Assembly: GCA_017654855.1 (NCBI GenBank)
Contig: CM030334.1
Location: 3,534,001 to 3,598,000, forward strand
DNA from: Podospora anserina
Taxonomy: Eukaryota
Length of the DNA: 64,000 nucleotides
Direction of reading: 5' to 3'
Position 1 is the first letter of the stretch. Each line of letters starts with the position of its first letter. This document shows, in pieces, positions 22,449-31,696 of the stretch. Made by a program: the position numbers and the translations under genes. The notes under the pieces are model-generated. The model did no database searches. It had not been told where the DNA came from and saw only the letters and a list, made by a program, of their open reading frames with translations.

Positions 22449-23824
22449 ATGACCGCTCCCGTATGCAGCAGACTCCTCTTCCGACATGACGACAACCATA
22501 CCGAGCGCCTCATCTTCTGGTCTCCCGATGAGGTCACGCGCGTCAAGAAACGCAGCGCTTTCCTCAAGCGGCGCATAGTTTATCTCGAAGTCGACCTCGG
22601 GCGGAGACCAGAAGAGATAAGCTTCCAGAGACAGGGCGAACTTCCCCATCCAACATCCCTGACACCAGGTGTTAGTCTCAGCGACTTCAGGGGCTTTCTC
22701 CGTGATCTTGCTTCAACAGGGAATATTCCCAGCACGTTTGAACATCTAGTTCCCTTTTGCAAGTGCGCTTGGGTGTGCGAATGCCCTCCCGACCCCGCCA
22801 CCCTGCCCTTACAGATCTTCAGCCGCAAGCGTGGACCAGATGAACGTCGCGATGTCATAGCTTGCAAGTTTGACCCGATTTCGAGAGACGGTCGGCCTTG
22901 GGGTCTCACTCGGGAGTGCGAGGTCTACGATGGCGACACCTGCGTGTGCAGCGCTGAGCTTGCCAACATGTTCCTTTGGTTTGGCTGGGAGCATCATTTC
23001 AGAAAGCATCTGAAGTTGGCCATATGGACAGGAAGTAAAGAAAGCGTTGCTATCCTGACGCCCGTTGCGCAGCTCCAGAACCTTCAAGGTAAATACTTTG
23101 GGATTCATCTGCCAAAGACATACAGCGTTATCTAACGACTCGATATGTAGATATCAGGGATCGTGAGATTCAGTCCATGAGAAGCGATCTTCGTCGATAT
23201 TTGGACAGCAACCAAAGCGACTACAGGCACTGTGTCAAAGACTCCACCAAAGACGCCATTGAAAGATACCTCGCCAACATGGAGGATTTGCCCGCAAGAG
23301 TAGGGCGCACTTTGGAGAAGCTATTCACGGGGAGCAGCGAGGTAAACGGCGCCGCTTCGACATCACCGACACGACCCTTCAACGAACACAGGGTTTCGCT
23401 CAGCCCTAGTGTGCCAACATCACTGAGTTCCGGGGGCAGTGGCGCCGAAAGTTCTGGACCTGAATCGGCAAGCGGCTCTCAACCGGATCGTACAAGCTTC
23501 TACAACCCAGAGCTCCACGGCTTCTACCATCCACATGCTGCCGGCGTTTACTATTCACAACCGGCCAGTGTCAATCTTCCTGACCCATCCCCACCAACGA
23601 AGAGCCCCGCGAGGGCTGGATCGTTTATCGAGATCTTTGGTTTTGCTGGTAAAATATACAAAAATATAGAAAAGAAGGAAGGGAAATCTGATGAATTTGC
23701 CTCCAAAGTACTGGCTCATCTTGCCAAGGGGATTGAGGTGAGACAGAAGGAGCTTGAGGACTCAATATGGGCTATGCGAGAGGGGAAGATACGTGCGTGG
23801 AAATATGAGCTCGGGATAGAATAA
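22449..23824 (+). CDS. Hypothetical protein (about 437 aa), 2 exons; possible highly divergent BTB/POZ-like N-terminus
   Basis: Intron 23089-23150 (GTAAAT..CTAAC..TAG) joins ORFs 22449-23135 and 23177-23824 in frame (NLQ/DIRDREIQSMRS). The BTB resemblance is weak and by eye only. Confidence 0.75.
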
Positions 23825-24240
23825 TGGTGGCGTAGCGAGCAGGCGTAAACATGTAAAAGTTTAATCTGCATCAACATATCATATCTCGTGACCCCTTTTG
23901 ATGGTGGGTCCTGAAGTGTTGGTGAGTGAGACAACAAGTAGGAACCCTAACCCCAAAGCTCCATCAGTTCCATCACCTGTTCCGTTGCCACCAGCTCCAA
24001 GATCGTTCATCGATTGACATCCAAAGAAGACGTCAAATATATTTTGTTTATCTCGAATCGCTTCGTCCATCTCTTCACTGTTCCTCGGTGTCCTTTTTTT
24101 GTCAAAGAGAGTTAGCGACGAAAAAGAAACGCGTGATGTCTGGCACCGCCTGTCCATCTCGGTGTGTTGGTCGCGACACGCTCGGCCTTGGAACTCATCT
24201 TCTCACTTAAACATCAGCACGCGTCACACCAGAGGTTGCC

Positions 24241-25101
24241 ATGGAGTCGAAACCAATCAACGACACGGCTTACAATCGATTTATCACGCTCTTTTTATTT
24301 CGACTGAATTCTATCGGATGGATGCGCCGTCTGCGAAAATCGCCCTGGGGCATTGTTTGCGTGTCATCAAAGCGGTGCATCAAGGCGGGGGCGTTCACGA
24401 CGCTGGCTGAGGCCAACGCGATGCGCTTTGTGGCCGAAAACACATCGATTCCAGTCCCCAAGGTCTACTGCAGTTTTGAGCACGGCGAGAGGGTGTATAT
24501 TTTGATGGAAAGAGTACCAGGACGCATCCTCTCAGAGGACTGGAGCGAGCGGTCGGAAGAATCTAGGACTCGCATTCTTGATCAGTTGCGAACCATGGCT
24601 AGCGAGCTTCGACGGCTATCGCCTCCAGAGAATATCACGGGGGTTGCGAACGTGGATGGTGGTCCTATCTGCGATGGTCGCCTTCCTGACGGTCCGTACT
24701 GGGGGCCTTTTAAGACTATTGAAGATTTCCATCGAAAGCTCTGTGGTGGTATTGGCAGCGCTGATGAAATTGACGATGACCTCGAGGGAAAACTCCCCGG
24801 CTTGAGGGAGCTAGTTGCTCAGTATAACAGCTCATCAGAGTCGCAGAAACCGGTCTTTACACACAACGATTTGAGCCCCAACAACATCATGGCCGAAGGA
24901 GACACCCTCACGGCGATTATCGACTGGGAAATGGCGGGATGGATGCCGCCTTACTGGGAGTACACATCAACTTGGCACATCACCCCACGGCTGGCTTTCT
25001 GGAGAGATTATGTTGACCAATTCTTGGAACCGTTTCCGCACGAGTTGGAGATGGAAAAGCAGCGCCGGCGCTACTTTGGCGAGTTCGGAGTTGACATCTA
25101 G
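24241..25101 (+). CDS. Aminoglycoside phosphotransferase / choline kinase-like protein kinase
   Basis: EANAMRFVAENTSIPVPKV, ILMERVPG, FTHNDLSPNNIM (Brenner motif), IIDWEMAGWMPPYWEY. Confidence 0.9.
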   Translation: MESKPINDTAYNRFITLFLFRLNSIGWMRRLRKSPWGIVCVSSKRCIKAGAFTTLAEANAMRFVAENTSIPVPKVYCSFEHGERVYILMERVPGRILSEDWSERSEESRTRILDQLRTMASELRRLSPPENITGVANVDGGPICDGRLPDGPYWGPFKTIEDFHRKLCGGIGSADEIDDDLEGKLPGLRELVAQYNSSSESQKPVFTHNDLSPNNIMAEGDTLTAIIDWEMAGWMPPYWEYTSTWHITPRLAFWRDYVDQFLEPFPHELEMEKQRRRYFGEFGVDI

Positions 25102-25109
25102 TCTACACA

Positions 25110-25702
25110 TTACTGGATCACCTCCCTTCCGGCCAACAGGTCAAAAGTCGGCACCACCCGGGGATTGAACTGGCCTGGCCTGGCTCTGCCATCAAACCGG
25201 TGCTCAGCTGCCTTTTGCCGCACATACCGCATCGCCGTGACCCGCACAGTCTGCCAGTCAATCCTGGAAGTCCCGAGGGCCTTCCCGTCTCCGGCCAGCG
25301 CCGACAACGCCTCTCGGACCCACTCCACGCAGTTCCAACCCGGCTGCCCAACCCTAATGGGTACACTCCGCAGTACCTGTTCGAGCCGGACCATGTTCTT
25401 GACTTTGGCGGTACGGATACGGACCAGGATCATGAGGGTGGATGCGGTGCCAGTGTTTTGTTCGCTGTACTCCCACACTCCTGGTCGTGGCTCTTTGGCA
25501 TGGTATCGTTTCCCGCGAGAAGCATCGGCTTCTCGCTTGGGGCCGGTGATCAGGGCCCAGTGATATCTGGAGGCATTACACTGTTAGCACGAGACCTCCC
25601 GAGCGTGGGATAGGCAACTCACCTGTCTTCGCCTCCTGGCATCCTGGCAGCACCTCCTCTGGCATACAATGCTACATGCAGACGGGGTTTATTCCGGGCC
25701 AT
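25110..25702 (-). CDS. Conserved fungal hypothetical protein (possibly DUF6914-like), 2 exons
   Basis: MARNKPRLHVALYARG... spliced (intron about 25623-25567) to YHWALITGPK...RYHAKE...WNCVEWVREAL. The His and NC motifs suggest a permuted papain-like fold (inference). Confidence 0.75.
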
Positions 25703-26453
25703 TTTCTTGGATGATTTACAAATAAAATTACTGAGCACAGGAGGCAATGCTGAGAACAATAATGGATATCATCACGGAAACAGAGGTCCGGTGCCTGATC
25801 AATCTATACGCTTCAATCATGGTAAAATGTGTCCATTTCTAGCCCCCTAGGGCTTTTCTTTTGGGCTGGTTTCGAACTTGCAACATGTTGGGCCCTCCAG
25901 ATCAGCGGTTCGCTGCATATTGTGAAGCCCTTAGCGATGCCCGTTGGGGGCGGAGGCAGCATTGGCTGACCCGGCAGTCTGGAAGCGAAAATCACCAACA
26001 CAGCTGCGGCTGTTGACTGGCCGCGGGTGTTTGAGTTGGCGCTGCTGCTCTTTGTATAGGGGTGCCCTTGTGGTCACATTTCTCTACGGTGCTCATTCGT
26101 TGGGCGTGTGAATATGAGTAGGTGGACAGCCAATCTGGACAGGACAGCACATGATCCGCCCAGTGAAAGGCAGCCAGATCATGTTGCGGGCGATAGTATG
26201 CCTCTTTGCGAGGCTCAAAACGTTGGGATTGGAGGCTTTTGCTGCGGTAGGCCTCGGGCGGGGTAAAATCCGGCTGTTGACGTCGTGGTGCAGCTGTCCG
26301 ACAAACTTCAGATTATAATTCTGGACGACAAGCAAAACAAATGTTCTTCTTCCTTTCTTGTCCCTGAACTTGTCACTTCGACTTCATATTGACCATTTTG
26401 ATCGCGAGTTAAACTGCACCAGACGTGCTGCTTCGGCGCCCCTCAACGCAGCC

Positions 26454-27447
26454 ATGGTCCTCCTCCTCGCCCTCTACGTCCTGGTATGCCACCACCCTGA
26501 CCTTTAATCACCCCAATGCTAACCCTTTTCCCAGCTAATCATCACCCTAACCGGCCTCGCCATGTCTGTCCCCCCGTTTCCCCTTTCCCCTCGCCATCAC
26601 TAACCTTTATCCCAGCTACCAACACCACACAAGCACCACCCTCTCCCTCCCCCTCTCCCCCACCCTCACAATCCTCACCATCCTCCTCCCCCTCCTCTCC
26701 CTTCTCACCACCTCCCTAACCTTCTTCTCCTCCTCCCACCCCCGCAAACCCCTCCCCCCCCTTTTATCCAACGCTCTCCAACTCCTCCTCACCATCATCT
26801 TGTCCACCCTGTTCGGCGCCACCCTCACATCCCCCTATCTCCCCTGCGCCCTCCAAACAACCTGGCGATCCCTCTGGACATCCCACTCCGCCACCCCCAT
26901 CCGCACGATTCAAGACTCCCTCTCCTGCTGCGGCTTCAAATCAACCAAGGACATGGCCTGGCCTTTTCCCTCGAGCGGCAACAACGGCGATGTTTCCAGC
27001 TGCGAGAAGCAGTTCAACCGGCACACACCCTGCGCTGGACCGTGGGAAGACGCCCTGAACAAAACGACCGGGGTGGAGCTGGGTGTTGTTGTGGTAGCGG
27101 GGGTTGTTCAGCTTCTTTCACTGGTGGTGTTTAAAACACAGCGGAGGGGGGGGCAAGGGAAAAAGGTGTGGTTGGGGAGGGTGGTGGAGATTTTTACTGG
27201 ACAGGACGATGAAGGGCAGGGGAGACGGCCGCTTTTGACGGGGGGGAGGGGTCACAGTGAGGAAGGGAGGTATATTGACGGGGGAGTGGAGGAGGAGGAG
27301 CAGGGTGGTCACGAAAATGGCAATGGCTATGGAGGGACCTCAAGCTCAGCCCAGACGCAAACACAACCAGACGACAATAACAGCCGTGGTGGACCAAGGG
27401 TCGAAGTCTCCCATCATGACCCCTGGGCCGGGGCGGAGAGGGTCTAA
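26454..27447 (+). CDS. Tetraspanin (Tsp3-like), 3 exons
   Basis: Two short 5' introns; four hydrophobic helices; large extracellular loop with IQDSLSCCGF plus further Cys; long C-terminal tail. Confidence 0.8.
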
Positions 27448-27630
27448 TTCACCAATCCTCAACATCAAAACATCAAAAAGCATGTAAAGATCTAGCTCGA
27501 TTTGTCCATCTGTACACATTCAACATTTATACATGTCTTCTTTGCAATTCGCACCTCCCAGCCAAAACTCCATCCATCCATGTAAACCCCCAAAACAACT
27601 GAATGATGCATATATTTTTGACGCCCTCCT

Positions 27631-30600
27631 CTATAGTTCATCATGTCCCCCCTCCTCCTTCTTTTCCACTGGATCCTCAAAGACTGGTTCCTTGGCCTCC
27701 TGCTGATTCTCATTCTCCAACTGCTGCTTGTCCAAGAACTCCTTGAGCATCTCGTTCAGCTCCTCCTGGCTCGGCATCTTCCCGTCCTTACCGGGCTGCA
27801 GCTTGAGAGTCGGCGCCGCCGGCTTCCCGTTCTTCTGCGTCGACGTCGACTTGGCCTTGGCCGTCTTGGTCTTGCTCTTCGTCTTGGCCTTCTTGGCCTT
27901 CTCACGCTTCTCGAAGTTGCGGACGCCCTTCATGGCGAGATCCATGCCCGCCTTGTCGAGCTTCTCTCTCCGGTCGACGAGGTCCTTGACCAACAGGACG
28001 GGGTCGTCCGTCTCGCCGAGCTTCTCCTGGGCGATGAGCTTCTCCTCGAGCCAGGCAGAGATGGTGATATAAAGCTCCTCGCTTTCCTTCAGGTCCGCCA
28101 GTTCATAGACAGGGGGAACAGGACCGCGGTCCTTGTTGAGGTCCTCCATGCTCGTGGCAGTCTTGGTAGAGCTGCTGGGTTCATCCTCAAGGCCGTCAAA
28201 GTCGTCGGCAGACGAGGCAGGGGCTTCGGTGACGGTCGAGCTCTCGGTGCTGGTGGTGGATGAGGAGGCGGAGGCTGAAGCCTGGGCAGAAAGGAACGCC
28301 TCGTGGTCAGCAATCTGCTTCTTGATGTCAGCAACAAAGTGCTGGGTGCTGTTGAGGGCGTCCTTGAGATCCTTGATAAGCTCAGGTCTCTTGGCCAACT
28401 CTTCGATCCTCTGCTGAACAGGCGTGACAAGCTTCTGGAGGTTGGTCAGGCGCTGCTTGAGCACCTTCTCGGTGGCATCGGCACCATCGCCATACAGCCA
28501 GTCACTATCCTCGCTGTTTTGCTTCTCAATCTTGGCCCGCTCCTCGGCGGTCGAGACGCGGACAAAGTCCTCATTCTCAACAATGTCCCGGACCTTGTAG
28601 GTGTACGACTCGAGCTGGTTCAGCGCCTCCTCGCGCTGTCTCCGAGCGCGATCAGACGCCTGGAAAGCCTTGAGACGGTCCTTGATGGCAGTAAGATCCG
28701 CCTTGGAGAGCTGGGGAATGCCAGACTTCTCAAGAGTAAATTTGACTGGGATAACAATTAGTTCCCTTTTCGGTTCGGCAGGCTTTCCGTCGGCAGAAGC
28801 AGAGGCAGAGGCAGAGGCAGAGGCAGAAGAGGCGGCAGAAGAGGCGGCAGAAGACGAGGCAGTGGTGCTCGAGGATGAATCGGTCGGGGACGACGACGCG
28901 TCCGCAGACTCGCTCTCGGAATCACCTTCCAGTGGCTTCTGTTCCTTCTTTCCGAAACCAAACAGGTTCTTGACGCCATCGACGATACCGGCCTTCTCGG
29001 CGGTCTCGGTCTCGCACTCGACAGTGACCTTGGTCACGTCCACCTCACCGTCCTCGTTGGTGAGACGGACGCCGACCTTGACCTTGACGTCGGCCTTGTC
29101 GCACTTGTGCTTTTCAACAAGCTCGGCGACAGTGGCAGTCAAGTTCTGAGTGGCCAAGACCTTGGTGTCAGCCTCGGCAGACTCAAGAGCCTGGTAAAAG
29201 TTGACGGAAAAGTCCTCCTTGTTGGTAAAGGTGAGCTCCTTGGCAGGGGCGCCAAAGTACGAGCTGGCGGTCCAAAGGCGCTGGTGCTTGGGCTTGCCCT
29301 CGTCAGTTTTCCACCTCATGCCGGCAGGGTACACAGCAGCCTCGGAGATGCGAATCTCCTTGACACGGAAGCTGGGGCTGATCTCGGCAGCTCTGAAGCC
29401 AGCACCGAAAACAGCAGCCTCATCAGAGTTGACGTTGGTGCGGAGCTTGTCCGAACCGCCAAGGGCCTTCTCGAGCTGCTTCTGAACAAAAGGAGTGCGG
29501 GTAGCACCGCCGTGAAGAATGACAGAGTCAAGATCCTTGACCTCAAGTCCGGCAGCAGTAAGCGCGTTCTGAACGGCGATGCTGACTCTTTCAATCTGAG
29601 ACGAAGCCATCTCCTCGAAATCGGCGCGGGTAAGCTTGTACTTGAAGTCGATATCATCGTAGAGACCCTCGAAGCTGGTACCGGTAACCTGGTTGGCACT
29701 GAGAACGTGCCTGACCTTTTCGGCAGACGTGGTCAGCTTGGCGATGGCGCGGCCGTGGGCAATGACGCCCTCAGCCGTCACGGAAGCCTTCTGAGCCTTG
29801 GGAGACTCGACAAACTTGGAGATCATGTCATCAACAATCAAGTAGTTGAGCGCATCACCACCAAGGGTGCGGTCCCAACCACTGCCAAGAACCTGGACTT
29901 CCTGAACAGTCTTGTTAAACTTGCCAATGTCCTTGACCGTCCTGCTCTGGAACTTGAGCACAGTAGCTGTGGTGGAGCCAGCACCCATATCGAATACCAT
30001 GTGGTGCTCGGGCTTTCCTCCCTCGTTGACATTGGGGAACTGTCTGCTGGTGGCATAGTTGAGACCCACAGCCAGACCCTCGGTGATGAGCGACAGGACC
30101 TTGAGACCAGCGAGGTCAGCGGCCAACTCGATGGCGCGCTTCTCCTCGATGGTATAGAAGGGGGGAATGCTGAAGACGACAGAGCGGACAGAGCTTCCCT
30201 TTCCAGCGAGTTCCTCAGCGTTGGCGCGGATAGCCTGGAGCTCCATAGCCAGCAGTTCCTCCACTAGCCATGCCTCCTCTTCCTGTGTAAATGCGCCGGC
30301 GCTCTTGAAGGCGGCGGTTCCCTTGACCTTGTGGGCAACCAATTGAAGAGCTGGGTGGCGCTTTGCATATTCCTTCACCTGGGCGGCATCGACGGGGAGA
30401 CCGAGGAGGGGCTTGAGGTTTGGGAACGAATCGCCAGGGAATCGCGGGGCAAGGGCCATGGCATCAGAGCCATAGGCGCGCTCGGGGTAGGTGCCCTTCT
30501 TGGGGCCATTTTGAGAGGGCTTGAAGGTGACGGCCGAGATTTCTTTTCTTCTCGAGTCTTTTGTCAGGACAATCTCGAGGGGAATACCCGGCTTTACCAG

Positions 30601-30726
30601 GGCGGCCTTGATGTATTCTGTGCCCAGATCGACGCCCAGGACAGCGGAAACGGCAAAGACATGGGAGGAGAAGAGGAAGATGGCAGATAATAATATTGAC
30701 AACGGCGATAATGTTGGCCGCGCCAT
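27631..30726 (-). CDS. LHS1: ER lumenal Hsp70-family nucleotide exchange factor (Lhs1/Grp170/HYOU1)
   Basis: Signal peptide, VLGVDLGTEYIK, FDMGAGST, LHGGATRTPFVQ, NSDEAA, C-terminal HDEL. Confidence 0.95.
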   Translation of the reverse strand: MARPTLSPLSILLSAIFLFSSHVFAVSAVLGVDLGTEYIKAALVKPGIPLEIVLTKDSRRKEISAVTFKPSQNGPKKGTYPERAYGSDAMALAPRFPGDSFPNLKPLLGLPVDAAQVKEYAKRHPALQLVAHKVKGTAAFKSAGAFTQEEEAWLVEELLAMELQAIRANAEELAGKGSSVRSVVFSIPPFYTIEEKRAIELAADLAGLKVLSLITEGLAVGLNYATSRQFPNVNEGGKPEHHMVFDMGAGSTTATVLKFQSRTVKDIGKFNKTVQEVQVLGSGWDRTLGGDALNYLIVDDMISKFVESPKAQKASVTAEGVIAHGRAIAKLTTSAEKVRHVLSANQVTGTSFEGLYDDIDFKYKLTRADFEEMASSQIERVSIAVQNALTAAGLEVKDLDSVILHGGATRTPFVQKQLEKALGGSDKLRTNVNSDEAAVFGAGFRAAEISPSFRVKEIRISEAAVYPAGMRWKTDEGKPKHQRLWTASSYFGAPAKELTFTNKEDFSVNFYQALESAEADTKVLATQNLTATVAELVEKHKCDKADVKVKVGVRLTNEDGEVDVTKVTVECETETAEKAGIVDGVKNLFGFGKKEQKPLEGDSESESADASSSPTDSSSSTTASSSAASSAASSASASASASASADGKPAEPKRELIVIPVKFTLEKSGIPQLSKADLTAIKDRLKAFQASDRARRQREEALNQLESYTYKVRDIVENEDFVRVSTAEERAKIEKQNSEDSDWLYGDGADATEKVLKQRLTNLQKLVTPVQQRIEELAKRPELIKDLKDALNSTQHFVADIKKQIADHEAFLSAQASASASSSTTSTESSTVTEAPASSADDFDGLEDEPSSSTKTATSMEDLNKDRGPVPPVYELADLKESEELYITISAWLEEKLIAQEKLGETDDPVLLVKDLVDRREKLDKAGMDLAMKGVRNFEKREKAKKAKTKSKTKTAKAKSTSTQKNGKPAAPTLKLQPGKDGKMPSQEELNEMLKEFLDKQQLENENQQEAKEPVFEDPVEKKEEGGHDEL

Positions 30727-31696
30727 GGTGGGCGAGTGTGTGCGTGTGTGTGTCGCCGAAACAACAATCGAGTCGGTGTTGTTATGTTGGTGTTGGTGTT
30801 GGTGGTGCTGGTGTTAGGTGGGAAAGTAGAGCTCCAGCCAGCTGTCACCCAAAAGGTACTTGTTCGAGTTCCCCGCCAATTTGGAGCTTGCTGTGGATGA
30901 ATAGGTAGAATGAATGCACCGCTACGCAAGAGTCAATGGCAAGCAAGCGGCAGGCGACAGGAGATATCGCAAAGAAAATGGAGCAAAAGTTATAGATGTG
31001 GCCTCAACTGAGGAAGAGTCTGATGACCTTCCTTCTTCGTTTCTGGGATCTGGTGTTTCTTGTTCTATCAATCTGTTCCAAAATCCAAAGTGGCTACGCT
31101 GTTCACATCTTCTTGACAGCGCCCACAGACCCCTGTCCACTGATGCGACGCCCGAGCTTGGGCGAGCTTTGGCCAATCAGATCATCTCCGCTCACAAGAC
31201 CAGATCGGTATCTGATTAGCTAATTGCCAAGAGGGTGTCTTGGCATCAAAGAGCAAAGCCTGAAATTCATTGTTCGAGATTAGCAGAAGGCTGCGTGCAG
31301 CATAAAACTAGCATATCTGAGACCGGAGAATCTTCATTCACTCATACTGCTCCTTGACCCCATGTCCCTTTTCAGCGCTTGACCGGAGGGTTTGTCGGGC
31401 CGGCGCCGTGAAGTGGGGCCGTTGAGCCGGCGAATGCGGCAGATGTCCCGGGACGTCTCATTACGTACAGATACCACAATGTTACGTTTCGGTCGTTTCG
31501 TCGACCACCGGTCGTCCTTCCATGATTGGAATGCTCTAGAATCTAGACTTATCATCTATGTACAACCATTGCAACTACCCTCCAAGGCTTTGGACAGTGC
31601 AGAATTAGGTTTGTACAAGTTATGCAAGGCTGGCATTAGATCTTCTTTCACCCATTGCTGCCGTTGACAGCCCATCACGATATACTTCAACTAATG

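Noticed and set aside
14859-25702. Starship giant transposon, suggested by patatin cargo
   Set aside because: No DUF3435 tyrosine-recombinase captain, DUF3723 or boundary repeats are visible in the window.
28792-28856. (GCAGAG)n hexamer run in LHS1, and the SDSDS repeats in DBP6 at about 32340-32500
   Set aside because: Ordinary low-complexity linkers in conserved proteins, not independent elements.
29107-30267. 386-aa + strand ORF, and similar long antisense ORFs over DBP6, AAC and the patatin gene
   Set aside because: Antisense shadows produced by strong codon bias of the real gene on the other strand.
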